From positions 146,533-210,532 of the forward strand of contig NIVC01000138.1 in NCBI GenBank assembly GCA_002269645.1: a stretch of 64,000 nt of DNA. The letters are read 5' to 3'. Origin of the DNA: Macrostomum lignano. Taxonomy: Eukaryota. The translations under genes and the position numbers were made by a program. The notes beneath the pieces are model-generated. The model worked only from the letters and a program-made list of their open reading frames with translations. It made no database searches and had not been told where the DNA came from. Positions 34,252-47,900 of this stretch are shown in pieces (positions within the stretch are counted from its first letter, which is position 1; the number at the start of each line of letters is the position of its first letter).

Positions 34252-35319
34252 GATAGTGCTATAATAGCTAGGACATTCGGCAGATCCGCCAAGCCAGCAG
34301 CAGAAAATCAGATAGCTTAGAGGCCTGTGTTTAGAACACAAGAGGCTGGTTTATCTTAACAGTGTCACCTATAGTATAGCAGTTTAAAAATCAAAGTAAC
34401 TAACACATATATTAAACAGGATTGCGAATTCAATGCTAGCCCATGCCAAAAGTCACTTTTTAACAGGCTTTTCAAAACACGAGAGACGAGGGTATTTTGT
34501 GTTTTGATAAAAATAAAAACATTGATTAAACCAATGCTACTCATTTGATTCAGACTCGATAGTAGTATACAAGTAAAAATTCGCCTAAAATTAATAGTAT
34601 TGTTTTAGATAAAATCATTTCGATAAAAAGAGACTATTATTGAACCAAAATACGCGAGAACAAAATGAGAACAGACGCAGAATGAACATGACGCTTGGGC
34701 CTCCCATTCACTTAGCTACTGGTTGGCGGCCGCAAAGCCAAGTCTTGTGCCATCCGCTAATTGCTATATTATTAGATTGTCACTAATAATTCCTCATGCA
34801 TATGTTGGCTTAACGGCCTCCGGATCAAACTCTGGGCTCTGCTGGCTGGGCATGGAGACATAAAAAACACAAACAAATGGCAAACAAATGTTTGTGGTCA
34901 AGTAAAAACACACATTATAACTAAACTGCTTGTACAGCAAAATATTTTTTTGCTTTTTTAAAAACGAAAAAAAACGAGTGAACACTGGCTGACTGCTCAG
35001 GTGTGTGTTAAGTCTTTTGCTAAATAAATAAATATTATTATATAACATATATATGTATGTATGCATATGAAAATGACCACGACAATTATGAACAAGTTGG
35101 TAAACAATATAACTATATATGTATTTATCATATTTGAAAATATAAGTGTCGGTATAATATATATATATATAAATATGCCTATGCACTCATGTAAAAACAG
35201 ATATAAGGTTTTTTGGTAAATCAGAGAGTGGGGCTGCGAGTTTAACAGACTGTCAACTGATCGCCTGGGAAGTTCAACTTTATTAGTCTGGAGAATTATA
35301 GTTCCATTTCCGAGAAATT

Positions 35320-35885
35320 TCAGTCCAACTTCCGGTGGGAATTCTAGTCCAACTTCCGGAGCGAACTATAGTCCAACTTCCGGTGGGAATTCTAGTCCAA
35401 CTTTAGGTGGGAACTCTAGTCCAACTTCCGGTGGGAATTCTAGTACAACTTCCAGTGGGAATTCTAGTCCAACTTCCGGTGGGAACTCTAGACCAACTTC
35501 CGGTGGGAGCTCTAGTCCAACTTCCGGTGGGAATTCTAGTCCAACTTCCGGTGGGAATTCTAGTCCAACTTTCGGTGGGAACTCTAGTCCAACTTCCGGT
35601 GGGAATTCTAGTCCAACTTCCGGTGGGAATTCTAGTACAACTTCCAGTGGGAATTCTAGTCCAACTTCCGGTGGGAACTCTAGACCAACTTCCGGTGGGA
35701 GCTCTAGTCCAACTTCCGGTGGGAATTCTAGTCCAACTTCCGGTGGGAATTCTAGTCCAACTTTCGGTGGGAACTCTAGTCTAACTTCCGGTGGGAATTC
35801 TAGTCCAACTTCCGGTAGGAATTCTAGTCCAACTTTTGGTGAGAATTCTAGTCCAACTTCCGGTGAGAATTTCTACTCAACTTCT
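35320..35885. repeat. Minisatellite, 24-bp unit (ttccggtgggaattctagtccaac), ~23 copies, with a 192-bp higher-order duplication
   Basis: Variant gaactctagacc recurs at ~35483 and ~35675. Confidence 0.95.
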
Positions 35886-36729
35886 GGAAGATATTTTCCT
35901 ACAAACTATTAAAAGGATTTTCATCCCAACTTCCGGATGAGTTCCGGCAGCATTTCAAATCGTTAAACTCGCGCCCGATACAAATAGAAAGATCGTAAAA
36001 ACACCTGTAAATTCACAGAAACGAAAAACATAATACGCGTGTAGCGTTCTTTATAGAAAAAAACACGCCAGCGGCAACAACAAGTAAAAAAGAAATACAC
36101 AATTAAGTAAAGTTGCAAAAAACGGTCGAAAACGCCAAATATGAAGCAAAGATCACACGCGCCTGGCACGACATGACGGGAGAGAAAAACCGAGTGAAAC
36201 AAAAGTCTTGGATCAGATTTGGGGGTGGCGGCTGGCTCCGTACACTGAGCCACTGTGCTAAGTGCTAAGATCTGCAACTATTTATAAAAGAAACAAGATG
36301 GCGCGCCGCTTTGCCATGGCTTGAACCAAGCCAACTCCGCTCTCCTACGAATTAATAAGTACATAAAGACAGAATCGGTATTGCAAAAAAACACTTGAAA
36401 CTTGTGATGATTTCAAACATCGGGGATTCTCTTATTAGTGCGCAATTGTTCAATAAGTGCTTCTCTCTTCTCAGTCAGTTGCATAGTTACAAATTTTATA
36501 AGTTGCAATAACTAAAGGTTATTAAATGTGTGCCAGCCGTGTAAACTGCCCAAGCGGCTGTTGGTGGCAGCGCGGAGGCAAGCCTTTGATACTGCGATAT
36601 TTAAAGAAAACGACGCACACCTTTTGGGGCCACCGGGATTACACCTGCTAATTTGTTGTGGCCTGTGGGCCAAGTTTCTGCTTTGACTGGATCGAAAATG
36701 CGCTAATTGCCTGGGTACGCTCGTAGAGG

Positions 36730-37450
36730 GAATGTATACCTTGCCCCCAAAGAGCACCCACCTCACGCCGGACTAGATGCTAGATAGTGAATGTACATTC
36801 CCCCCCACAGAGCACCCACCTCACGCCGGACTAGATGCTAGATAGTGAATGTACATTCCCCCCCCCACAGAGCACCCACCTCACGCCGGACTAGATGCTA
36901 GATAGTGGGAATGTACATTCCCCCCACAGAGCACCCACCTCACGCCGGACTAGATGCTAGATAGTGAATGTGCATTCCCCCCCACAGAGCACCCACCTCA
37001 CGCCGGACTACGTGTAGATGCTAGATAGCGGGAATGTACATTGCCCCCCACAGAGCACCCAACTCACGCCGGACTAGATGCTAGAAAGCGGGAATGTACA
37101 TTGCCCCCCACAGAGCACCCACCTCACGCCGGACTAGATGCTAGATAGCGGGAATGTACATTGCCCCCCACAGAGCACCCAACTCACGCCGGACTAGATG
37201 CTAGATAGCGGGAATGTACATTGCCCCCCACAGAGCACCCAACTCACGCCGGACTAGATGCTAGATAGCGGGAATGTACATTGCCCCCCACAGAGCACCC
37301 AACTCACGCCGGACTAGATGCTAGATAGCGGGAATGTACATTGCCCCCCACAGAGCACCCAACTCACGCCGGACTAGATGCTAGATAGCGGGAATGTACA
37401 TTGCCCCCACAGAGCAACAACCTCATGCCCGACTAGATGCTAGATAAAGG
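36730..37450. repeat. Minisatellite, ~60-bp unit (gggaatgtacattgccccccacagagcacccaactcacgccggactagatgctagatagc), ~12 copies
   Basis: The lines starting 37201, 37261 and 37321 are identical, giving a period of 60. Confidence 0.95.
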
Positions 37451-37599
37451 GAGTGTACATTTTCCCATTTCCCGCTACAGCACACAACCTACCAGCTAAC
37501 CCACTCGCTAATTGGGTGGGTCTTATAAGCAGTACAGAGAACAGGTGTGCGTCGGGCCTAATTCGCATTGCATGCACCGCGCGCCACCCAGAGAGCTGC

Positions 37600-37765
37600 T
37601 AGAGGTGCAGGGCTCGAACTGTGCAGTTTCTATTGATGAGGCCTCGATGCTTAGCTGGCCAGCTTCTCAGTAGCGGGGCACAGCGGCAACGTGACCGGCA
37701 ACTGAAAATGGATTAGTCGGTTGGGGTGGATTTAGGATTCGAACTCGCAACCTCATTGATTTGGC
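37600..37765 (-). mobile_element. Degenerate tRNA-derived SINE-like fragment
   Basis: Minus strand has gaggttgcgagttcgaatcc (T-arm/B-box-like) and a second agttcgagccctgc. No complete cloverleaf. Confidence 0.35.
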
Positions 37766-38641
37766 AATAAAAATACTATAAACCCTAAAAAGTGATCTTG
37801 GCTGTCAAAATAAAAATCAAATTGATTGCCTCCGGTCCTGAAGAGGCCTGTGAATCAGCCATGGGGCAAGGGCGGGCGAGGCCGGAAAAGGGGATTTGCG
37901 CGCCGTCGGGAAGAATACAGAGGGGAAATTTTCCCACCAAGAAGCAACCAACTGCCAAGTCACTGCCATCATCCCCTATTCCCGACCCCTTCGCTGGGGA
38001 TACGGGGTCAAAGCCCGCCCCCTACCGGGGTCGCAGCCACACCCGCGCGGAGCCGTCAATCCCCAATCCCAAAACGGGCCAAAAGCGATTCAAGAATTCG
38101 TGTGTACGGAAGAGAAATTTCGGGGACTAGCTAAGCAGGGAACTATGGCGGAAGTTTAGAATAAGGGAAATACAGAAACAGGAGAAGCGAAATTAATGGC
38201 AATAAAAATACGAGAGCTAAGAGGGTTGGGAAGGGGTGGATATACCTGGCGAATCTCTATCTTTCTCTCTCTGTTTTTGAATAGCGGAAGACACCAACCC
38301 AATGCAAATTCTATATATATTTATACACAATATATACTTGATGCCTTCAAAATGGAAATCTAGGGGGCTGCGGCTCGACGAGGCTTCAAGGATTGCAAGA
38401 TCCCAGTTTGGGATAAGCAATAGCTAAGGCCCCGGGGTCTCTAAGTCAAGAATTGGAGGAGGGAGAAGAGAGTTATGCAACCACTACGAGAGTGGGGGGA
38501 GGCCGCCTTCCCTACCAGCAGCAAACTAATTAGATTTCTGGTCCCAGTCTCGTTGCCTCCCAAACTGTCTGCAGCGCCATTGCTAACCCCTGTCCCGGCG
38601 TGCATCCTTCAAGATCCCGTTCTGTCTTTCCTCACTCCCAG

Positions 38642-38672
<31 letters not shown>

Positions 38673-39103
38673 GCTTACTTATAATATACTATTCTCTAAA
38701 CGGGGCGCGAGACCCGATACCAGCCAAACTGATCCGATACACCCTAGTGCCAGTATTTTCTGCATACACACACAGACAGACAGGCAGACGCACAGAGCAA
38801 AAGATTGGGCGATTCCTCAGCTTAGGACTGCTATAGCACTGCTATAAATTATCGTCATTGTGCGCTCAAAATCGATGGATTTCTTTAGGAGGCGGGAATT
38901 AGGGGGAGAGAAATCTGGGAGTTCTCTTTCCTAACTTGACTTCTTCAATCTGTTGTAGAGGGGGTCATCCTCGGTAAGTAAGTGGGTGGAGGACGGTATT
39001 TTGCATATGCATTGCCATCTGTGTTATTCAGTGTGCGACTGAAGCAGCTTGCTATAAACTTTAGAATGCGGACAGTCGGTCTGTCTTTGTCTTAGTAGTG
39101 TCA

Positions 39104-39520
39104 GGGGGCAGAGCAGCTTAGCGGTAAAGCCGAACTCTCGCTCCACGACCTGTGGTTCGATTCTATGCAAGACCACATTCATTTGGGGCTGCTTCTTCAC
39201 GGTGGACTGTCGTGCGATTCATACCTATGAGAGCCAGCCCCCAAGGCTCAGAAAGTGTACATGCCTGACGATTAGAAAGGGTGCCTGCAAACCTCGTGCG
39301 AGAAAATAGTTTGTCTTAGCGTCAGTCTGTCAATCTGTCTGCTCGTCTGTTATAGTTTTGTCCATCCGTCTGTCTCTTGTCTGTCTGCCTGCATCTGCTT
39401 GTCTGTGTGTGTCGGTACGTCCGCCAGTCTGTCTAACTGTGTCCTAGTGTCGGTCCGTCCGCCAGTCTGTCTAACTGTGTCCTAGTGTCGGTCCGTCCGC
39501 CAGTCTGTCTAATCTCAGTC
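39104..39520 (+). mobile_element. tRNA-derived SINE-like element with a gtct-rich simple-repeat tail including three ~38-bp repeats
   Basis: A-box-like cagcttagcggtaaagc and B-box ggttcgattc (39154-39163) at tRNA spacing, a unique body, then a (gtct)-rich tail. Confidence 0.5.
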
Positions 39521-41319
39521 TCTCATATCTATCTGCTTGTCTAGCAGCCAGTACCGCACCAAAGGAGTGCACACCACAAGCGCAGCGGTGCCCCAGACGG
39601 CCAGGTTATCACCCGCCATTAATTTGGAATTCCTCCTTCTGCTGTGTCGGGCCGTTTTCCTTCCTAATTTCTTTCTTTCGCCGCTGCAGCCGCCACCGCC
39701 ACCGCCACCGCCGCGCCAGCTTCTTCCATCCATCTGGCCGGCCATAAACTTGCCGAAGAGTGCGAGAAGAGAAAAGTGAATCCGGACAAGGGAATGGGTT
39801 GGTCAGCGCCCTAGTAGAATATGGCCCCAGGTTTTTACGATGGCTCACAGACTGATGCGCCTCCTCACCTCCTAGCAGGAGGGAAATAAGGAATTAGCCA
39901 TCGCAAGAAGACGACGAAGCTGGTGCTGCCTCTTTTCTGGCTGGCTAAGAAAATAAGTTTGCGGCGTTGAATAAGCTGCCTCGCTGACAGACAACAATGA
40001 ATTATGACCCGCTCTGCCGGGCATTGACCAGATGGGAACTGGAGACATCCAGTCCGCCAGATAAGGATCCCGCGCCGTCTGATAACAGAGGAATCGGGGG
40101 GAAGGGAGAGACGGGTAGGGAAGCTGGCGAGCTCAATTGACGCCTCATCCAGGCTGCTCAGTCGCAGCAGTCGACACCCAGCCTCCTCCACCTCTTTTGG
40201 TCTCCAGCGGTATTTGATGATGGATGACCGGATTATTTTTTGGGGCTTTTTTAGTGAAGGATTTAGGCAGCGAATTGGAGAGGCGAGCCTGACAGCAGAA
40301 TGTGCTCAAATGTATACTCGTAGATATACTTATATATACGCGCTCCTTGTATACATAAGAGGTGTATGCAGGCCAGACAGGGGTGCCTGCGCACAGTTTC
40401 CCCACACATGAGAGAGAAATACCTCACTTCCCCGACAGGCAGAAAATCTTGAGCTTCCCATAGATGACGCATCTCTCTCTCTCTCCCAGTGTGTGACTGA
40501 ATTTAGAGGAGAGAATGACTGAGCACTGCTGCTCATAGACGGCTGCTGGAGTAGGGAAACGAATTCAAGCCATACGGCCGCGTCTGGAAACTGGGGCCTC
40601 CCGGCCGAGGAAAATCCCCAAGGATGGAGCGGCAAATTGCCAACAATAATCTCGAGCTGCCAGGAGAGACCGACAGACCGGCGTCCGCCACCCCCTGACC
40701 CCCAAGGCTTAATAATCCTCGGAGCCAATTTGTGCGCACTAATGCAACTGGTCGGAAGGCTATTATAAATCCCATCGGTTTAATATATCCGCATACACAG
40801 CCTTGCGGTTGAATGCCCGGGGGAAATCGTTTAAATTAGTATTTCGGAATCGAAGGAAGAACGTGAAAACAGCGAGCCGATAGAGCGAAGACCGATTGGG
40901 CTCAAATTCCACTTGGGCCGCAAACTGCGACGCTTAATTTGAAAAAAATCGACGCGCTGGGACGCGTTGGAGGATTAAAGTGTGAGGGGGGGGGGTGTGC
41001 GCAGAGGCAAAAAGTCACGCATAGGCTCGTAATCTGGCCAGAATCTTGAATAGAAATTCTTTCAATAAAAATCGAATTTTCTATTTCAAAGACGAATCAA
41101 TTCTAGTTTAAATAAATAAAATTAACTCAGTAAACGAAGACTCAAAATCTTTCCAATCCTACAGGCAATATAGATCTGTTTGACACTTTCTCCTGTAATT
41201 AGCAAGCAAATATTCACTACCTGTACGCAGACTATTTTCCATACAGTATGTATTTTAAGAGGCAATTACTCTATTATTCTGCAGCAAACTATCCAAAACA
41301 CGGATGTTTTCTGACGGGA

Positions 41320-41870
41320 ATTATAACACAGGGAATTAATTTTCTTATAATTAATTATCTTATTCTACAGGGTATTATCCTACAGGAGAATACATGTATC
41401 GCACAGGGAATCATCCTATGGTGAATTACCTCAGGGAATTATACAACTGGGAATTATCTCGAAGGGAATCATCCTACCGGTGCAGGGAATTATTTCACAG
41501 GGAATCATCCTACAGGGAATTATCTCACAGAGAATTATCCTGCAGGGAATTATCACAGGGAATCATCCTACGGGGAATTATCTCAGGGAATCATCTCACA
41601 GGGAATCATTCTATAGGGAATTATTTCACAGGGAATTATCCTACAGGGAATTATCTCACAGAGAATCATACTACAGGGAATTATTTCACAGGGAATCATC
41701 CTACAGGGAATTATCTCACAGAGAATTATCCTACAGGGAATTATCACAGGGAATCATCCTACGGGGAATTATCTCAGGGAATCATCTCACAGGGAATCAT
41801 TCTACTGGGAATTATCCTAGAGGATCATCCGACAGGGAATTATCCCAAGGGAATCATTCTATTGAAAATT
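41320..41870. repeat. Degenerate minisatellite of ~15/30-bp units (gggaattatctcacagggaatcatcctaca)
   Basis: Recurrent gggaat every ~14-16 bp. Confidence 0.92.
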
Positions 41871-41964
41871 ATTCCCTTGCGACACACCTCACCCGAATGC
41901 TTTTATATCAGAAAAGCGACACGTATCTGAGTAGAAACAGAACATGAGAACTCACACAACTCAC

Positions 41965-44900
41965 ACGAAGTCGGGATGAAGGCGCCGTGAGTCTGAGCGC
42001 CGGGCACCTGGAACGGCGCCAACTGCTGATAGGAGGCGGCCGGCTGGTAGACTGGGATGCCGCTCTTGTTGTCCGCCACGGCAGGCCGCTTGCCGCCGTG
42101 CAGACCGGCGTAGGCTGCCGCCGTCGGCATGCACTGCGGGGGGACGGGGACCAAGGATCACGGATTAGAAGATTATGGATAAATTAGAGACACTGGATTA
42201 GTATATGATACGCTCGTGTAATCGGAAATCATCAACACAATTTATAGATCTGGGGGTGAAAATCGGGGATCGTGGATTAGGGATCAGGGACTGTGAATCA
42301 TGGATTAAGGATTAGGGATCAGGGACTGTGAATCATGGATTAAGGATTAGGGATCAGGGACTGTGGATCGTGGATTAAAGATTAGGGATCAGGGACTGTG
42401 GATCATGGATTAAAGATTAGGGATCAGGGACTGTGGATCATGGATTAAGGATAGGATTAGGGATCAGGGACTGTGAATCATGGATTAAGGATTAGGGATC
42501 AGGGACTGTGGATAATGGATTGAAGATTAGGGATCAGGGAATGTGGATCATGGATTAAGGATTAGGGATCAGGGACTGTGGATAATGGATTAAAGAATAA
42601 GGATCAGGGACTGTGGATCATGGATTAAGGATTAGGGATCAGGGACTGTGGATCATGGATTGAAGATTAGGGATCAGGGAATGTGGATCATGGATTGAAG
42701 ATTAGGGATCAGGGACTGTGGATCACGGATTAAGGATAGGATTAGGGATCAGGGACTGTGAATCATGGATTAAGGATTAGGGATCAGGGACTGTGGATCA
42801 TGGATTAAGGATTAGGGATCAGGGACTGTGGATCATGGATTGAAGATTAGGGATCAGGGAATGTGGATCATGGATTAAAGATTAGGGAATCAGGGACTGT
42901 GGATCATGGATTGAAGATTAGGGATCAGGGACTGTGGATCACGGATTAAGGATAGGATTAGGGATCAGGGACTGTGAATCATGGATTAAGGATTAGGGAT
43001 CAGGGACTGTGGATAATGGATTGAAGATTAGGGATCAGGGAATGTGGATCATGGATTAAAGATTAGGGAATCAGGGACTGTGGATCATGGATTACGAATT
43101 AGGGATCAGGACTGTGGATCATGGATTAAGGATTAGGGATCAGGGACTGTGAATCAAGGATTAAGGATTAGGGATCAGGGACTGTGGATCAAGGATTAAG
43201 GATTAGGGATCAGGGACTGTGGATCATGAATAAGGGATAATATTGGCTGTCTGAGTTGCTAATGCAGATAAAAAATGCAATTATTGTTATCTTTGCATTT
43301 ATTCATCGTTGATATTGCAATAGACTCGCTTGACTTTGACTGTGCGGTGCTGAGTGAGCTAAGCGACATTTAACAACGAAGGCGCGCAAAAGTTTCTAAC
43401 ATTTTCTGGAATCCATAGAGATTGCTAGCTTACTACAAAAAGGCACTGAAGGCAATCAAGCTAGCAGTGCTTGAATTGGTTTACTAGTGCGTGCGCGCGG
43501 GGAGATCCGCAGTGCACAAAGCGCGGGCTGACTGCTGTAGTTCGCTAAATCAGGGTACAAGCACTCAACAAAACACAAAGGAGAGATGACTAGTAGCTGT
43601 GACACGCGCTGCTGATGAGCAAGGCTTAGATGATGCTAGGAGAGGATGAACACGAGAGAGAGAGAGAGAGAGAGAGAAGCAGAGCGGAGTGCAGGCTTGA
43701 CTAGACTGATGCAGACAATCGGCATTGTCTTCCTTTAGTCAACCGCCCCCCGCCAACAACAGCCTATGCGACTCCAAAAACTCGCTTCAATAAAATATAT
43801 AACAAGTGGGGTTGGAGAGGCTTAAGGTAGGCCGGCTTAAGCCTAGCTTTTATTACTTTCTCGGGAAAAATTTGAAAATAGCGGCCCGGATTGGCACGGA
43901 TTTAGGATTTTATAGGGGAAAAATTTGTGCCAATTAAATGCCGACTATTGGTAATAAATTATACCTAAACCGAGCCTCGTTTCAAGATATTTCTTTTTTC
44001 TTTTTTAAGATACTTTCTGATAAATCTAAAGTCACCAACACTAGGCCTGCAGATGTACTGTGGCCTACTGCTGCGGTAGCCCCACCCTCCAGGAAAAATA
44101 GAGGTGGCGGAGGCTGCGGATCAAAGCCCCCCCCTCCTCAGTCACCTCCAAACCGGGCCAGCCGCCAATGCGTCCGTCTACCAGCCTTCGCCATGATAAA
44201 TTACTTTGAAAATCAATTTTCCCAAGGATATTGAAGGCAGGAAGAGACTGCAAGGGAAGAAAAGGGAGAGGGAGAAGTCTATAGGATAAACGGGAGCCAA
44301 GACTTTTTCTCCCAGACGACTTTGAGAAGCCATGGGGACTATTTCCCAAATGCCCAGGTCGGAGGGGGGGGTATGAGAAAGAGAAATCGGCGGGCTCCCC
44401 CGCTCCCACAATCGGCGATGAAGCTCGGGGGGGGGATGGTGAGGCCAATTTAATCAAGCCGCCGCCAGCTGAGAGAGGCGACTTTCCGAAAAGAATTCTA
44501 TGCGCCTTCTACACACTTTTAGTTTGGCTTCCGCGTGCCGCCAGCGGAGCCTGACGCAGATCGGGGTTTTGTTGCGCCCTGTCAGTTCCTTTTGGCCGCA
44601 TAAAATTAGTCGCTTAGCTACTCGTCTGTCTGGGCACCGGAGTCGACCCTACTACTTGCTATTCAGCTAGCCAATAGGGGCACGGCCCAATGCACACAGG
44701 GGACCCCAGACAGCGAGGCCCGCTCGCCATGCATATTTATAAATTTAATTAATTTATCCGGTCCCGTTGCATTCGAAACGATGCTGCCGCGTCGTAAAAA
44801 TGGCCTCAGTTAGTTGCTCCGATAGGAATATCTCGGATCTGTGTGCTTATCCCCGTCTCTGGTTCCCACAATCTCAACCTCCATCCACTCTCCTTTCTCT

Positions 44901-47900
44901 TTCGGAACAATTTTTCCTATTTTTCATATTCGGCTTGTCGGTCTGGGCCATCCGTTAATAGCAAAGTCTGGTCAGTTGCAGCGGCGGCATTAATGCGCGC
45001 GCAATTATGAATTATTAATTGTGTGCTTTATGACAGGGCTCGGTTGGCTCGAATCTGGCAATCGAGCCTCCTGCAACCGGGAGAGGATGTTAATACCGAC
45101 TGGGAAGGGGAGAGAACTCCCAGTTGGGAGATCTTGAAGGGATTGGGAAAAACCATGAAAAAGGCTATTGCACCCAGGAGGCAAAACGCTTCATGGAAGT
45201 CTGAATCCTCAGTGTCTGTAGTGGGATTTCACTGTCTGTACTTACAGCCGGATTTTACTGTCTGGCAAGCTCGTCTGTAGCTGGATTTATGGCATATTTT
45301 TTTATATCACTGCACAAGATAATTGGGGGACTGTTTGATGTCCGTCATTAGTCTGTGCTGTCTGTCTGCTTCACTGTCCGCTTATCAACTTGCCTCTCTG
45401 ATTGACCGATTTCTGACTGTCTGCCTGTCAAACCCAGACTGTCCTATCTGTTACTGTCTGTCTCTCAGCTTGTCTGTTTGTATGACACTGAGTGTCTGCC
45501 TTCTTTCCAGCCTGTCCGTCTGCATATGCCTCATTGTCTGTCTTCAGTCTAGCCTGTCCGTCTGCACATGCCTCATTGTCCGCCTTCCTAGCCTGCCCGT
45601 CTGCATATGCCTCATTGTCTGTCTTCCAGCCTGTCCATCTGCATATGCCTCATTGTCTGTCTTCAGTCTAGCCTGTCCATCTGCATATGCCTCATTTTCT
45701 GTCTTCCTTCCAGCCTGTCTGTCTGCATATGCCCCATTGTCTGTCTTCCTTTCAGCCTGTCCGTCTGTATATGCCTTAGTATCCGCCTTACTTTCAGCCT
45801 CTGCTCGTCTCTCCATCTGTCGATAAAGCGCCGACGTCTTGCCATATCGCGAAAGTAGCGAGGGAAAAGGACGCTTAGATCGCAATCGCTATCGGCTTTC
45901 ATTCAAAGTCTCAGTAGCTGTGCAGCCAGCCAATTTCATCCGTCCGCGTGCACAGCGGTTGCATATATTATGCTCGCCGATATAAAGATATTCAACATTT
46001 ATATCCATGTATGTATATTCCATTGAATTAACGCGACACAATGGAGCCACTAGTCATCTGGCTGCGCACACTGAACCGGCTGCGACGCCCCGAAGATGAG
46101 AGAAATAATGGGTAACACAGGCGACACAAGCTTTAAGCGGTCACAATGTAACCCCCCGGTGTTTGTTTTCCCTTCCCGCCACCAAAGTCAGCTGCTGCCG
46201 CGGCCTGGCCGCCGGCGATCTTTGCGTCGCTTCAGCTGCGGGTGTGGCGACCTCTTTCACAAATCCCACTTCGCGGCACGCGCTGGGGGCATAACAAAAA
46301 ACGGTTGCATTCCACGGGGAAGAATCTCCCCCTGCCGTTTTGCCTGGGCATCGAGATTTGCGGCATGACACTGCGCTGGGATGGCGGCCCAGAGGGAAAT
46401 AAAACAGAATAGACTCCCTTCGTGCTCTGCTGCGGCTTTTGCTTCTTGTGTCTGCTTTTCAATTGCTGCTGGCAATGAAGTCTGCCCGGGAGGGGTTATC
46501 AACCTCACTCCAATCTGTCCCTCTGTGCTTCCTTCAGTAGCAATTCGGTTGTGTTCAAAAGCAAAAAAGTTGATTTCCTTTCCACTGAAGCAAAGCGGCT
46601 GGCGACTGACAGCACCGGAAGGGTGGCAGTGTCCAAGGCGCTTCATAAAACCCTGACAGTAAACAGCACGATGCCAACAAAACTTTTTTTCACTGTCAAC
46701 ATGTTATCATTTATCTGGCCCTCGCTTTCATGCAATTAATCCATTATCACCACACTGCGGATGAGGAACCCTAAGGGTTCTTTAGAGTTCCTCAATTCAG
46801 CATGAAATTCTTTAATACATTGGGCTTCAAATTGCTTCAAAGGTTTGATTAAGTATAGAGAAGAAAAAAGGAAAACAAATTGATTCTATGTGGGAGAAAA
46901 ACATTTGTTTTCCTTTATCCACGGGATAGATTAGCAATCTGGGGAACAGCTTATTTTTGCCCCTTGCTTATTGTCGGTTGTCCGTCATCGCAACACTTAA
47001 TTATCGCACAGATCCGTGACGTCGGGTACCCAAGGACTACTTTAGTCGTCCTTGCGGGTACCGGCGCCCCGAAGGGGGGCACTAGATTGCTAGCCCATTC
47101 TATATCTCATCGTCGGGATAGATTAGCAATCCATTCTATATCTCATCGGCGGGATAGATTAGCAATCCATTCTATATCTCATCGGCGGGATAGATTAGCA
47201 ATCCATTCTATATCTCATCGGCGGGATAGATTAGCAATCCATTCTATATCTCATCGGCGGGATAGATTAGCAATCCATTCTATATCTCATCGGCGGGATA
47301 GATCAGCAATCTATTCCGGATTCAGCGGACCCTCTCCATCATAGATAAAATCACCCAGCAAATCCATTATTTTGAACTCATTCGCTGACTAGACTTTAGC
47401 AATCAGTTTCACTCCGTCATCCGGACTCATCAGTCCTACGAGCGTAGCACTATATACTTTTTTGCCTTCTTGGCTCACAAAGCCCAGTTATACAGCAGTC
47501 GATTCTTTAGCCACAGAGCGTCGCGCAGAAGGCCGCAGACTGTCGATAAATAACGCTGAGCGCTCAGCTATTGTTCGCATAATTTATCCCACCCTGCGCT
47601 GTTGTGCGGCGCTGGCGGGGTTGGCTTGGGAGCAATAATTAAGCAGCTGCCAAGGCCCCACCCCAGCCGCCGCCGCTGCCGCTTTTGGTCTAGAAAGCTG
47701 AGCAGCAATCGCTCTTTTAGGCCGGACGACAGTTTGGCCTAATCTATGGATGGGGGATCAGGCCGCTGTTGGTAGGGGGGGGGGGGTTGGGAGAGCGGAG
47801 ATCAGCTTAGGGATGAGTTACCCCGCTTTTCACGGGACTCCAGACAGCAGAGCCGTGCAGCCTTGACTTGGGAGGGGGTGGGGTGGCGCTTCTGTCTAGG

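Noticed and set aside
39104-39175. A functional tRNA gene
   Set aside because: A/B boxes are present but the acceptor and anticodon stems do not pair; treated as a SINE head
43900-45000. TAAT/TTTATGG-rich GC island as a conserved enhancer in the mbl intron
   Set aside because: Plausible but unsupported without cross-species alignment; the motifs are too short to call from one sequence
47064-47085. GC hairpin followed by CTAG as a Helitron 3' end
   Set aside because: The hairpin is only ~2 nt from CTAG, the next base is A rather than T, and no 5' TC terminus was identified
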